Shown: in pieces, positions 46,735 to 56,840 of the stretch
How the letters are laid out: every line of letters begins with the position of its first letter
Position numbering within the stretch: position 1 is the first letter of the stretch
NCBI GenBank assembly: GCA_043775825.1
Contig: JAYVRX010000088.1
Location: forward strand, 10,598-74,597
DNA from: Deinococcales bacterium
Lineage (GTDB): Bacteria; Deinococcota; Deinococci; Deinococcales; JAAFIG01
DNA: 64,000 nt
Direction of reading: 5' to 3'
Notes under the pieces: model-generated
The model's database searches: none
What the model saw: the letters and a program-made list of their open reading frames with translations, nothing else
What the model was told of the DNA's origin: nothing
Position numbers and translations under genes: made by a program

Positions 46735-47403
46735 TTAGGCGTTCAGTCCCTCAAGAATGCTTGCCAATGGTGTTTCTAAACTCGAGATTCGGTGTACGCC
46801 CGCTGGAAACTCGAGGTATTGCGTGATCTGATTCGGTACGGCGACGGTGTGCATTCCAGCCGCCAGTGCCGCGATTGATCCGTTCGGAGAGTCCTCAATG
46901 GCGGCACAAACTCCAGGCTCGAGGTTTAGAGCTTTGGCGGCAGCCAAGTACAATTCTGGGTCGGGTTTGACGGTTTTCACGTCGTCTTTGGTTTTCACGA
47001 CTTCAAAACGATCCTCGAGCGCATAATGTTTTAACCAGCCGTAAATCCATTCATTGCCAGAACTCGAGGCAAGACCGACCCGAAGACCCATTGTTTTGGC
47101 TTGGTCAAGCGTCTCGAGGACTCCTGGCAACAGACTTGAGGCGCGAATTAACTCAAGCACCCGAGGGCGAATGCGGGCATGCATGAGGGCATGATCAAAG
47201 GTTTGACCCGTCAATTCCTCTAAATGGGCGATAGGGTCAAACGCACCCCAAGTGCCAATGCCAACGCCCCAGCGTTGAATGTCGAGGGTTTGATCGTGCT
47301 GCCGGTAAAGTTCTGTCCAGGCTTGAAATTCTGGGGTTTCGGTATCCAGAATTGTGCCGTCAAAATCAAAAATCAGGGCTTTAATGTTCACGCCTTGCAG
47401 CAT
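46735..47403 (-). CDS. HAD-superfamily hydrolase (phosphatase/beta-phosphoglucomutase-like)
   Basis: Motif I FDFDGTILDTE, motif II ASSS, motif III-IV K....EDSPNG. Confidence 0.8.
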   Translation of the reverse strand: MLQGVNIKALIFDFDGTILDTETPEFQAWTELYRQHDQTLDIQRWGVGIGTWGAFDPIAHLEELTGQTFDHALMHARIRPRVLELIRASSLLPGVLETLDQAKTMGLRVGLASSSGNEWIYGWLKHYALEDRFEVVKTKDDVKTVKPDPELYLAAAKALNLEPGVCAAIEDSPNGSIAALAAGMHTVAVPNQITQYLEFPAGVHRISSLETPLASILEGLNA

Positions 47404-47468
47404 ATCTCGAGCGGCATCAGGGAATCATCAGGCAGGACACGGTAATCTGTGGTCATGACGAGGCAAGC

Positions 47469-47756
47469 ATGAAAGGCACGCATCTGGCGAGGGTGACCAA
47501 AGCCCAGCAAAAAGGTTTTGCAGTCCCGCTCGAGAAAACGCATGTGGAGACTTGGTTTTTAACCGCGCCACTCGAGCAAAACGCAGAAGTTGAGGTCATG
47601 TACTTGGCACTCGAGGGACAGGTTGTGATTGATATTGGACTTGACTTTGTGCATTTGCGAAACGGCGAATCGGTTGTGATAGAGAAAAAGAAAGCCCACC
47701 GTCTCAGTCCTGTTGGTGAAGCGGTGGTGCTTAGCATCTCGAGTATGAAACATTAA
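47469..47756 (+). CDS. Small cupin-like protein (tentative)
   Basis: 95 aa. LALEGQVVIDIGLDFVHLRNGESVVIEKKKAHRL resembles cupin motif 2. Support is weak. Confidence 0.35.
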   Translation: MKGTHLARVTKAQQKGFAVPLEKTHVETWFLTAPLEQNAEVEVMYLALEGQVVIDIGLDFVHLRNGESVVIEKKKAHRLSPVGEAVVLSISSMKH

Positions 47757-47940
47757 GTTTGAACCCCAGTGCCGAAATCGAATTCGGACTTTTTCCAGCT
47801 TTTCACAACCCAAACAGACTTTTATCGTAAACGCTTTCATCCGAAAAGCATTCAGAAATACCGTCTAGAACGTGACTTTAGTTTGCACCTCTTGTCACGA
47901 GCGAAATGCTTTGTTAAGATCACCCTTGGAGGCGACAATT

Positions 47941-48729
47941 ATGCTGAGTTTGCGTGTTGCTCACGCTTACGACCGAAACCGTTATCACCCACCCGAGGTG
48001 TCCGGCAAAATCGCTACAGCCATCGTAGAACCCGTGGAACGCGCTTTTAAGGAACCCAGTTTTCTCGAGGTTGGTTCTGGTACGGGTCGGATCGGAATGC
48101 CAATTGTTGCCAGAGGGCATTCGTTTACGGGCGTGGACGTTGATCCCGAAATGATGCAGCTCTTTCGTGCCAAGTTTGCCGGCGTTTCGAGACGAACCAA
48201 ACTGGTCGAAGCCGATGTGCAAGATTTACCCTTCGAGAACTCGAGTTTTCATGCGGTGATCGCGGTTCATATCTGGCATTTGATTCCAGAACTTGACCGT
48301 GCCGTCAGCGAAGCGACGCGGGTCATCAAACCAGGGGGCTTTTTGTTTGAAGGTTGGGACGCGCCAAACACCATCAGCGCTGAACGTGAAATCCAGGACG
48401 CCTGGTGCGAGGCTTTAAAACAACGAGGTCATACCGTGCAACGCGGCGCTCACACGTTCGCCCTCGAGCAAAGCCGTCAGATGCTTGCAACCCGTGGATT
48501 CTCGAGCAATCAAGCGATTATTGCCAATTGGGAAGTTGCCCACACCCCGCTCGAAGTGGTCGAAGCCCTAGCAGAAGGGCTTTTTTCTTTCGCCCGAACT
48601 GTGCCACTCGAGTTGCGCTACGCCGCCGCAAGGGACATCAAACCATGGTTACTAACGCGTTTTAAAGACCCAGAAACGCCAATTAAAACGCCGTGGTCAT
48701 TCAATTTGCGAACCACGCATTTGGCGTGA
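47941..48729 (+). CDS. Class I SAM-dependent methyltransferase
   Basis: The ATG at 47941 is preceded by GGAGG. Motif I is LEVGSGTGRIG and post-I is GVDVDPEMM. Also LPFENSSFHAVIAV. Confidence 0.75.
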   Translation: MLSLRVAHAYDRNRYHPPEVSGKIATAIVEPVERAFKEPSFLEVGSGTGRIGMPIVARGHSFTGVDVDPEMMQLFRAKFAGVSRRTKLVEADVQDLPFENSSFHAVIAVHIWHLIPELDRAVSEATRVIKPGGFLFEGWDAPNTISAEREIQDAWCEALKQRGHTVQRGAHTFALEQSRQMLATRGFSSNQAIIANWEVAHTPLEVVEALAEGLFSFARTVPLELRYAAARDIKPWLLTRFKDPETPIKTPWSFNLRTTHLA

Positions 48730-48755
48730 GATAGCAGATAGCAATTAGAAAGAAC

Positions 48756-48789
48756 TAGAGGCTCGAGTGTTTGAATGCTCGAGCCTCTA
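48756..48789 (+). other. 12-bp-stem hairpin made from two CTCGAG copies, downstream of the methyltransferase gene
   Basis: TAGAGGCTCGAG-tgtttgaatg-CTCGAGCCTCTA. No U-tract follows it. Confidence 0.5.
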
Positions 48790-48881
48790 AGTATCTCCCG
48801 ACTCCATTCTTACATTCTGCTAAACCCAGCAGAATTCCAGAATTCCGCGTGAGGTACGCTTTCCATACTCGCATAGCTCGC

Positions 48882-48914
48882 CTTAATTTTTATGATAGAA
48901 CTATAAAAATTAAG
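48882..48914. promoter_or_regulatory. Candidate operator: perfect 12-bp AT-rich inverted repeat upstream of the Rrf2 regulator gene
   Basis: CTTAATTTTTAT-gatagaact-ATAAAAATTAAG, ending 48 nt upstream of the ATG at 48962. Confidence 0.45.
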
Positions 48915-48961
48915 TTGGACGTACTTAGTTTGGCTCTCGCACAGCCACACGCCGCTACGCT

Positions 48962-49465
48962 ATGCTGAACCCAATGAGACTCTCAAATACTGACATTTAC
49001 GCTTTTAAGGCGCTAGCATACTTAGGTGCGTTGCCTGCTGGCAGCATCGCGCACGGTGAAGAAATTGCCAAAGCCACCGGTGTTCCCAAACCGTATTTGG
49101 TGCGCCTGCTCGCGTCACTCTCGAGCCAGGGGATTGTGACGGGGCGCAAGGGTGCGGGTGGCGGCTACGCGTTGGCGAAAGCGCCAGAGGAAATTCAATT
49201 GACCGATGTGATGCGAGCCATCGATGGTCCTGTGGCAGCGCTGTCATGCAGCTCGCGCAACTGGCACAAAGATTGCGTTGAGGAAAGCCGTTGTCATGTG
49301 CGCAGTCAGGTTTGGATTCGGATTCGGGATGCAATTTTGGCGGTGCTCGAGGATACCAGCGTGGCAGATTTGGTGATTGACGCTAAGCAGGGCGTGGATT
49401 ACACGAATTGCTTGGAGCATTTACTGCGTCCGATGCCGTTTGGGGCGGCTCGAGTCAAAAATTAA
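48962..49465 (+). CDS. Rrf2 family transcriptional regulator
   Basis: N-terminal w[13 protein letters not shown]...[38 protein letters not shown]. Cys residues in the C-terminal half could ligate an Fe-S cluster. Confidence 0.8.
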   Translation: MLNPMRLSNTDIYAFKALAYLGALPAGSIAHGEEIAKATGVPKPYLVRLLASLSSQGIVTGRKGAGGGYALAKAPEEIQLTDVMRAIDGPVAALSCSSRNWHKDCVEESRCHVRSQVWIRIRDAILAVLEDTSVADLVIDAKQGVDYTNCLEHLLRPMPFGAARVKN

Positions 49466-49503
49466 GTGACACTTCAATTTAAAACTCGAAACCATGACAG
49501 ACT

Positions 49504-50103
49504 GTGAGCATGAATTCTTCCAAACCGCGTCTTGTGATTGGTATGACAGGCGCAAGCGGCGCTCCATACACCAGAGATTTACTCGAGACTCTAAAAGACT
49601 TGCCAATTGAAACCCATTTGGTGATTTCTGACGGGGCAAAACGCGTCATCGCCGCCGAGATGAATCAATCTGCCAAAGACCTCGAGCAACTGGCAAGTAT
49701 GGTTTACGATGATCGAGACGTTGGGGCGAGTATCGCCAGTGGCAGTTTTATCACGCTAGGCATGGTGATCGTGCCTTGCTCGAGCAGTACGCTGGCTAAA
49801 ATTGCGCACGGCATCGGCGATACATTAACGACTCGAGCCGCCCATGTTCACCTCAAGGAACGCCGCAATTTGGTGCTCGTTCCAAGGGAAGCCCCGTTTT
49901 CCCGTCCGATGCTCGAGGCAATGCTGAAAGCTTTTGATGCAGGAGCAAGGATTCTGCCCGCCAGCCCGGGTTTTTACCATGCGCCACAAGAAATTTCGGA
50001 TTTGCTGGGTTTCGTGACCGCCAGAATTCTGGATCAATTTGGCATTGCCAACACCCGCGCCAAACGTTGGAAGGACAAGCCTGCGCTCGAGGATGCCGAT
50101 TAA
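49504..50103 (+). CDS. ubiX: UbiX-family flavin prenyltransferase
   Basis: RLVIGMTGASGAPY ... MVIVPCSSSTLAKIAHG ... LVLVPREAP. Confidence 0.85.
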   Translation: MSMNSSKPRLVIGMTGASGAPYTRDLLETLKDLPIETHLVISDGAKRVIAAEMNQSAKDLEQLASMVYDDRDVGASIASGSFITLGMVIVPCSSSTLAKIAHGIGDTLTTRAAHVHLKERRNLVLVPREAPFSRPMLEAMLKAFDAGARILPASPGFYHAPQEISDLLGFVTARILDQFGIANTRAKRWKDKPALEDAD

Positions 50104-50142
50104 CGTTAGAATAGACATCGTGAATCACGGATTCAAACTTTT

Positions 50143-50805
50143 ATGAGCGCTCGAGTTGCCGCCTTGATTCCGGCGGCAGGCAGTGGCGAACGGCTTGGCA
50201 TGGGCGTAAAAGCTTTGCTCGAGTTAAATGGTATCACCCTGCTCGAGCGGGCAATTCGTTGTCTTGCACCGCTGTGCGATGAGATGGTGGTCGCACTGCC
50301 GAGCGATCAACTGGGCTTTGAACTGCCTGACGTGGTGCGCAAAATTGCTGGCGGCACAACCCGCCAAGAAACCGTGAAACACTTACTCGAGGCAACCAAA
50401 ACCGATTTTGTGTTGGTGCATGACGCGGCACGTCCGTTCTTGCCGCTCGAGGTGGCTCACAAGGTCTTGTCTGCCGCCAAAGAGTTCGGAGCGAGCACGG
50501 CGGCGCTTCCTGCCGCCGATACGTTAGTGCTCGAGAAAGATGGGAACTGGGAAATGTTGATTGACCGCAGCAACGTCCGTGCGGTTCAAACCCCGCAAGG
50601 TTTTGATCGGGCATTGTTGCTCGAGGCTCACCTTCTAGCCGTGCAGGAAAATTGGGAAGCCACAGACGATGCGGGGTTGGTGGCAAGACTTGGAAAACCC
50701 GTGGCGTTGGTGAACGGCGACCCAAGATTGTTTAAAGTCACCAAACCGGGCGATTGGGCGCTGGCACAGGCGTTTGCTCGAGTGTGGGACGCGGAAGATC
50801 GATGA
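50143..50805 (+). CDS. ispD: 2-C-methyl-D-erythritol 4-phosphate cytidylyltransferase
   Basis: ALIPAAGSGERLG ... VLVHDAARPF ... VQTPQGF. Confidence 0.85.
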   Translation: MSARVAALIPAAGSGERLGMGVKALLELNGITLLERAIRCLAPLCDEMVVALPSDQLGFELPDVVRKIAGGTTRQETVKHLLEATKTDFVLVHDAARPFLPLEVAHKVLSAAKEFGASTAALPAADTLVLEKDGNWEMLIDRSNVRAVQTPQGFDRALLLEAHLLAVQENWEATDDAGLVARLGKPVALVNGDPRLFKVTKPGDWALAQAFARVWDAEDR

Positions 50806-51638
50806 GCGTGACCGAATTTGCGCCAGCCAAAGTCAATCTTGGCTTGGCAGTGCTGGGCAAGCTCGAGTCTGGGTATCACGAACTTGATTCGTTGTTCGTG
50901 ACGTTTGATGTTGGTGACACGCTCACATTTGAGCCTCAAGCGTCTGGTATTGACCTCGAGATTATTGGTCTGGATTTACCCACAAACCGCGAGAACCTCG
51001 TGTACCGTGCCAGCGAGATGTACCTCGAGAATCTTGGAAATCCTGGCGGAGTCAGTATCAAACTCGAGAAAATTTTACCCATCGCGGCTGGTCTGGGTGG
51101 TGGCTCGAGCGATGCCGCCGCGACCTTGCGAGGAATCAAAAAGTTGTACCCATCGGATCAAAACTTGTTTGAAATGGCAAAGAAACTGGGCGCAGACGTG
51201 CCATTCTTACTGAAAGGTGGTGCGGCGAGGGTTCAAGGTTTCGGTGAAATTCTTGAACCGCTCCAGTTACCAGATATTCATATCGTTCTGGCAAACCCTG
51301 GTATGGGAATCACCGCACGCGAGGCTTACCTTGGTTTGAATGGCAGATACGGCACAAAACTCGAGCTTGAAAAAATTATTTCAGCACTCACCAACCTCGA
51401 GATTCCACCGTATCGCAACGATTTGGAAGCACCTGTTCTCGAGGTGTATCCAATCGTTGGCACTGTTAAAACGGCGCTCGAGAAAGCCGGTTTGTACGGT
51501 GTACTGATGAGCGGCAGTGGTTCAACCTGTTTCGGGTTGGCAAAAACTGCGTCACAAGCCCGTAAAATTGCGGATCAACTCAAACTCGAGCATCCTAACT
51601 GGTGGATCAGCGCCGCAAGCCATTACGAAAACGATTGA
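50802..51638 (+). CDS. ispE: 4-(cytidine 5'-diphospho)-2-C-methyl-D-erythritol kinase
   Basis: The ATG at 50802 overlaps the ispD stop (ATGA). APAKVNLGLAVLGK..SGYHELDSLF and the GHMP motif PIAAGLGGGSSDAAA. Confidence 0.85.
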   Translation: MSVTEFAPAKVNLGLAVLGKLESGYHELDSLFVTFDVGDTLTFEPQASGIDLEIIGLDLPTNRENLVYRASEMYLENLGNPGGVSIKLEKILPIAAGLGGGSSDAAATLRGIKKLYPSDQNLFEMAKKLGADVPFLLKGGAARVQGFGEILEPLQLPDIHIVLANPGMGITAREAYLGLNGRYGTKLELEKIISALTNLEIPPYRNDLEAPVLEVYPIVGTVKTALEKAGLYGVLMSGSGSTCFGLAKTASQARKIADQLKLEHPNWWISAASHYEND

Positions 51639-51865
51639 AATTCGGCTTTCAGAATTGGTGAAGTCAGAATGCTCGAATGACGTTGTTTGCGTTTCTCGCG
51701 GCGCTCCTGATCGTACTGCTCTTCTATTTCACGCTCGAGCGCCAGCATGTCCGCCCAGTCCTCAAGGGTTTTGACGCCCGCCGTGACCGCCTCGAATGGG
51801 GCTTTGAACCGTGTGCCTGCCAAAAATTTTTTTGCCGCCCGTTTGTAATATGCGCATCTCCTCAT
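51623..51865 (-). CDS. Small hypothetical protein (80 aa)
   Basis: The ATG at 51865 is preceded by AGGAGG at good spacing. The sequence is charged and helical, with no family recognised. Its 3' end overlaps the ispE stop region. Confidence 0.4.
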   Translation of the reverse strand: MRRCAYYKRAAKKFLAGTRFKAPFEAVTAGVKTLEDWADMLALEREIEEQYDQERREKRKQRHSSILTSPILKAEFQSFS

Positions 51866-51984
51866 AAAATCCTCCTGGACTAACAATACGAGTCATCCCC
51901 TGAACCGAGTCTGAACAGATTCAGACTGTGCAGAACGAAGCACAGACCGCACTCGAGAAATTGAATTTGGGATAAATTGAGCCT

Positions 51985-52671
51985 ATGACCGAAACCGAAC
52001 ATCGCTTGCTCGAGGTGTCCAAGAAATTGTTGGAACACTATGGGCGGCACGCACCAGCCCAAAAGCAGTCCGAAGAAGACCCGATTGAAGGACTTATCGA
52101 AACCATTTTGTCGCAACAAAACGTTGGGGTGGTCACGCACCGCATGTACTTGGCGTTAAAGACAGAATTTCCAACCTGGGACGATGCGCTCAAAGCGGGG
52201 CAATCGCGCATTCAGACCGTGCTCGAGAATGCGGGCGGCGGTCTGGCGAGCGTCAAAGCCAAATACATTTTTCGCGTGCTCGAGAAACTTCAAGCGGATC
52301 GCGGAAACCTGAGTCTCGAGTTTTGCCGCAAACTGTCAAACCAAAAGGCTCGGGCTTTTCTCGAATCACTGCCTGGGGTCGGCGCAAAAACCGCCAGTTG
52401 CGTGTTGATGTTTGACCTTGGACTTGCGGCGATGCCAGTGGACACGCACTTGCAGCGAATTGCCAAACGCCTCGAATTCGTCAGTTCAAACTCGAGCGCG
52501 GTGCAAACCGAAGCTTGGTTTGACGCGCACCTGCCGCGCAGTTGGGCGAAACGCTACGAGTTTCACGTCAATGGCTTTCAACACGGACGCGAAACCTGCC
52601 GATCACAAAAACCCAAATGCGCCGAGTGCGTGTTGCTCGAGTTATGCCCGAGCGGATTGATGTTCGACTAA
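51985..52671 (+). CDS. Endonuclease III-like HhH-GPD base-excision glycosylase
   Basis: HhH LPGVGAKTASCVL, then PVDTHLQRIAKRL, and a [4Fe-4S] loop C-x6-C-x2-C-x5-C (CRSQKPKCAECVLLELC). Confidence 0.75.
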   Translation: MTETEHRLLEVSKKLLEHYGRHAPAQKQSEEDPIEGLIETILSQQNVGVVTHRMYLALKTEFPTWDDALKAGQSRIQTVLENAGGGLASVKAKYIFRVLEKLQADRGNLSLEFCRKLSNQKARAFLESLPGVGAKTASCVLMFDLGLAAMPVDTHLQRIAKRLEFVSSNSSAVQTEAWFDAHLPRSWAKRYEFHVNGFQHGRETCRSQKPKCAECVLLELCPSGLMFD

Positions 52672-53927
52672 AACTCGAGTTTGGATTTGAAGTCTGCCAG
52701 GTTAATCACACGATTCTCGAGCCGTGCGTGTTCAATGGCAAATGCCAGCATGTGGCTGGTCAAGTAACTCGAGATTGGTTCGCGCTCTTGATTGTTAACG
52801 GCTTGAATAAAGGCTGCCGTCAAACCATCGTCGCCACCGCCGTGCCTGCCGCCCGCCGTTACAGATTCCAGAATCGGAATCAGCTCTCCCCTGCCGCCAA
52901 GTCCGTGAGGCTCGAGTTTAATCTGATGCAAGCCGTCATTGAAAACCGCTAGCAGGCTGGCTTTAGTACCATCAATCCGAATCGTGCGCCCTTCCTGAGC
53001 AGAAAGTCCGTGCATGGTCAGTGTGCCAGAACCGCCTCCGTCGAAGTTAAATGCCACCACCTGATTGTCCACCACGTCATTGTCCAGGCGGTAAACGCAA
53101 CGCCCGTAATTGCTTGTCTCGAGTACCCGCCTTCGAGCCTCGAGTGACAGGTCGGCGCTGATGGTGGAGGTGGGCCATTCGGTGTTGTCGGTCAAGTAAA
53201 TTTTCGCGGCGTGATAAATGCAGGTATCTTCAACAGGGCAACCATCCAAACAGCGTTCTGGCGAACCTTCGGGCGCATTACCGAGCTTGAAATGCTGTAA
53301 ATTCCCGAAACTCGAGAGGCTGAAAATTTGTTTACCGGTCAACCAACCCAGAAGATCCAGATCGTGCGAGCATTTCGCCAAAATCATGGCACTCGAGCGG
53401 GCAGTGTTGCCCCAGTTGCCGCGCACGAACGAATGCGCCATGTGCAAACTCGAGACGTTCTCACGCCAGGAAATCGTGACGACCTCGCCAAGTTGCCCAG
53501 ATTGCACGACCTGACGAATGGTTTGAAAGAAGGGCGTAAACCGCAGCACGTAACCAAGCATCACCACTTTTTCGGAATCCCGAGCGGCGCTAGCAACCCG
53601 CAACGTTCCCTCGAGCGTGCTGGCAACGGGTTTCTCGAGCATCAAATGGAATCCAGCTTCAAGGGTTTTGATGGCGGCGGTTTCGTGCAAGACATCGGGC
53701 AGGCAAATAAATGCCGTAGATGCCTTTACAGATTGGATTGCAGCTTCCCAACTCGAGAATCGAAACTTGGGCGGAATGTCATGGGCGTTTCCAAAACGCG
53801 TCAATTTGGCTGGGTCGGCATCGGCAACCGCAATAAATTTCAGTTGTTCTGGATGCTCAAGCGCGTAATTTCCGTACACGTCAAAACCACGGTTTCCCGC
53901 ACCCAACATGATCGCTGTAAGTGGCAT
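52668..53927 (-). CDS. Gfo/Idh/MocA family oxidoreductase
   Basis: The ATG at 53927 gives MPLTAIMLGAGNRG (Rossmann motif). Also contains the EKP motif MLEKPVA. Confidence 0.75.
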   Translation of the reverse strand: MPLTAIMLGAGNRGFDVYGNYALEHPEQLKFIAVADADPAKLTRFGNAHDIPPKFRFSSWEAAIQSVKASTAFICLPDVLHETAAIKTLEAGFHLMLEKPVASTLEGTLRVASAARDSEKVVMLGYVLRFTPFFQTIRQVVQSGQLGEVVTISWRENVSSLHMAHSFVRGNWGNTARSSAMILAKCSHDLDLLGWLTGKQIFSLSSFGNLQHFKLGNAPEGSPERCLDGCPVEDTCIYHAAKIYLTDNTEWPTSTISADLSLEARRRVLETSNYGRCVYRLDNDVVDNQVVAFNFDGGGSGTLTMHGLSAQEGRTIRIDGTKASLLAVFNDGLHQIKLEPHGLGGRGELIPILESVTAGGRHGGGDDGLTAAFIQAVNNQEREPISSYLTSHMLAFAIEHARLENRVINLADFKSKLEF

Positions 53928-54177
53928 GGCTCGAGCATAACGCAAAAACGCTAAACTCGAGTCATGCCCCAATGGTCTGAGACTGAACTTGCGCACGGCA
54001 CAATCTGGTTGGAAACCAAGGTTGACAATCTTGAAATCTGGCTCGAGTGGAATGACCGTGTGATGGCATACCGTTTTGGAATTGTTAAAAACAATGAACC
54101 CGCAAGCAGTTCACTCGGTTTTGCCGATTCGCTCGAGGCGGCAAAATTGTTGTGTCTCGCCAGCATCTCGACTTGAA

Positions 54178-56163
54178 TTATTTCTTGTCTTTCACCCAAT
54201 ATTTGCGCCCCGCGATCTGCATAAAACTTGGGTCTTTGCGCCCGCTTGGCAAGAAGATAAATTGTTTGATCACGCGTCCGTCGTCGTACTTAAATTCGAT
54301 GGTGTTGCCGTACAGTTTGTAAGCACCCATGTTGCTGCGCGAATTAGAACCTGCCACAGATGTTGTCACGCTGCCGCTTTGGGTTCCCGTGTCGGTTGCG
54401 CCAAAAAAGAAACTGCCGTTCGCCTCTCGAGAAAACCGTCCGTCTTTGCGCAGCAGCAAATCCACCGATGATGACGAACCGCCCGTGCCAATCACCGCGC
54501 CTTGAACCACCAACGATTCGTAGGCGGCGTTCAACTTGAGTCCGTCCAAAGGCTCGAGGATATTGTACTGATCGCCGTCAATGATGAAGCCTGACTTGCC
54601 GCGTTTCCAAGTTACCGGTTTTTCAAGACCAAATTGAATCGTATTGCCTTTGACACTGTAGACCTCACAGACTGGAAATCCGCTCGGATAGGTGCGGGTG
54701 CAGTCGGCGTCCATCAGACCTTCGGTATCTTCTAGATCGTCGCTGTAAACATAACCGTTTTTTTGAAACAACAAATACTGGTAGCAGATGCCGCCACACG
54801 CCAAATAACCGTTTAAGACAACTTGGCTGACGCCGTAAAAGTACCGTCCCTCGAGTCCACCCACACCTGGGGCGGCTGGGGCTTTGGTCTTGCCAAATTT
54901 TGGGTTTGGACGCGCTGTGACTTGCCGTGCGCATTCAATCTTGGGATTCCTGCCAAAACTGAATTCTTGGCGTCCCAGTTCATCCTCTTGGTAATAACCA
55001 GTCTGGTCATCCAAGCCGCCCTGAACAAAATCCAAACTCGAGTAATCATCGCTCAATTTGCCTGTGATGTTGACCTTGTAACTGCCCTCAGTACCAACAT
55101 AACGATAACGCCGTTGATTCAGAATCTCGAGTGTTCCAGCCGATTGCCCAGAACCATCAATTTTCAGGCAGGGATACAAGCCCGCTTGCGGGTCTTTGCG
55201 TTTAAAGCGAAGTTGCTCGAGTTGCTCGTTACCGCCGCGCCCGAAGCAACGAAAGTCAAGGCTTTTGTCTTCGTTGCCAAGGTCGTACAACCAGATTTGT
55301 GCGCCCTCGTAGCGTTTAAACGTGTAAAAATGATTGCGTTTGGATGCCAGCGCCCCAGAGTTGAAAAAAAGATCGTAACCGTCCATCCGAAACGTGCCGC
55401 CCGAGACGGCAGTCCCGATTCCAACGCGGTACTTGCGACCCGCAAGAATTTGCAAGGTCAGGCTGGGAGCACTGTACTTCTCGCCGCGAACCTCTGGGTA
55501 GCAGTGGTACTCGTCAGGAATTGGTTCTTTTTCGGGGTCGAGTTTGGTTTTGGCAAACGCAACATAATCAAAAGCTGGCAGCGGCTCGAGTTTGCTTGGC
55601 GTTGAAGTCGCCGTTGTGGGATTTGGAGTTTTGCCTGGAACAACACTTGTACCAGTCGTCGTTGGCGTGCCGAGAGGATTGGTTGAAGGCGTGCTCGGCT
55701 TGAGGCTGTTTGCCGCCTGGGCGGCAATCAGAGCGTACTCGTTTGGGTACAAGACCTTTAAATTAAAATCGTCATTCAGAGCTTTCTCGAGGTTTTCGCA
55801 ATCCGTCTCAGGGGCTGGGCTGGATTGATCGAGTTGGGCGTACAGCTCGGCTCGTTTACCTTCAACGACGCTATCGAGTCTGGCTTTTCCGTCCCTAATC
55901 AGTTGCAAAACTTTGGCTTCAATGCTTGGCAAATCCATTCTGGTTCGCCACGCCTCGAGCACTTGCGCATTTTGGGTTTTCAAATCTGGCACGCGTTCAT
56001 CGCACCATTCCTTAACCAGTTTTCCAGTCGCTCCAGCCGCGTAAATCGTGCTGATGGCACGAATGTACTCTGGACTGGCAGTTTGAGCCAAGCCAGGAAG
56101 ACCAAAGCTGGCGCAGAGCAACACGATTGCCACCCAAGTCTGCCGAAAACGATTCGAGGTCAT
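54178..56163 (-). CDS. Large secreted hypothetical protein with Pro/Thr-rich linker
   Basis: 661 aa with a signal peptide ...LLCASFGLPGLAQT, a helical N-domain of about 150 aa, the linker PSTPSTNPLGTPTTTGTSVVPGKTPNPTTATSTPS, and a Gly/Tyr-rich beta-type C-terminal region of about 470 aa. Confidence 0.5.
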   Translation of the reverse strand: MTSNRFRQTWVAIVLLCASFGLPGLAQTASPEYIRAISTIYAAGATGKLVKEWCDERVPDLKTQNAQVLEAWRTRMDLPSIEAKVLQLIRDGKARLDSVVEGKRAELYAQLDQSSPAPETDCENLEKALNDDFNLKVLYPNEYALIAAQAANSLKPSTPSTNPLGTPTTTGTSVVPGKTPNPTTATSTPSKLEPLPAFDYVAFAKTKLDPEKEPIPDEYHCYPEVRGEKYSAPSLTLQILAGRKYRVGIGTAVSGGTFRMDGYDLFFNSGALASKRNHFYTFKRYEGAQIWLYDLGNEDKSLDFRCFGRGGNEQLEQLRFKRKDPQAGLYPCLKIDGSGQSAGTLEILNQRRYRYVGTEGSYKVNITGKLSDDYSSLDFVQGGLDDQTGYYQEDELGRQEFSFGRNPKIECARQVTARPNPKFGKTKAPAAPGVGGLEGRYFYGVSQVVLNGYLACGGICYQYLLFQKNGYVYSDDLEDTEGLMDADCTRTYPSGFPVCEVYSVKGNTIQFGLEKPVTWKRGKSGFIIDGDQYNILEPLDGLKLNAAYESLVVQGAVIGTGGSSSSVDLLLRKDGRFSREANGSFFFGATDTGTQSGSVTTSVAGSNSRSNMGAYKLYGNTIEFKYDDGRVIKQFIFLPSGRKDPSFMQIAGRKYWVKDKK

Positions 56164-56360
56164 GATTCATTATGACCTCGAGTCTCAGAAGCAGATGAGT
56201 CGCATTGTGGCGTAGACGGTATTCTTTGATGAGCCTCAACACCAGCTCGAGTCACGAAAACGGGTCAGGGTCTAGCGTCTGAACTTCTTGAGCTTCAACA
56301 TTTCAACCACAACTCGAGTCTCATTTTTAGCTTGCGGTTCTATGGCTCGAGCCTTCTTGA

Positions 56361-56840
56361 CTAAGGTTTGGGCATTCCTTTGCTGACCCCAATCGGAAAT
56401 TCTTGTGCCATGCGTTCAATCGTGCGTTGCGCGGTGGCTTCCGCCATTTTCGCAAAGGCACGCCCACCCCATTTTTCGGCGACGGGTAGCTCGAGGTGAA
56501 CTTCGGCGCGAAGGTGGTAATGAATATTGGAACTTACGCCAGTGCTGCTGACGCGACCCTCACCGTTGACCGCCGCCCAGAATTTGCCGTCAAGTTTTTG
56601 AGCAATCAAATTTGCACCGTCAGGCACTAGCTCGAGGCTTGATTTAAAATCCAGAAGTCGTTCGCCCAAGAACGGCACTTCGATGCGCAAATGCGCAAAA
56701 ACTTCATGTCCTTCAATGCGCAAATTGCGAATAAACGAAACATTCTCGAGACTCTTTTTCACGTCCCGAATAAACGCAATGCCGTCGTCAACACCACCTG
56801 GGAACGGAATGTCAAACTGCCGATCCACCTGAAGGATCAT
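56361..56840 (-). CDS. Hypothetical protein (SRPBCC-like size/pattern, unverified)
   Basis: 159 aa. Its start shares one nucleotide with the upstream stop (TGATG), implying translational coupling. Confidence 0.45.
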   Translation of the reverse strand: MILQVDRQFDIPFPGGVDDGIAFIRDVKKSLENVSFIRNLRIEGHEVFAHLRIEVPFLGERLLDFKSSLELVPDGANLIAQKLDGKFWAAVNGEGRVSSTGVSSNIHYHLRAEVHLELPVAEKWGGRAFAKMAEATAQRTIERMAQEFPIGVSKGMPKP

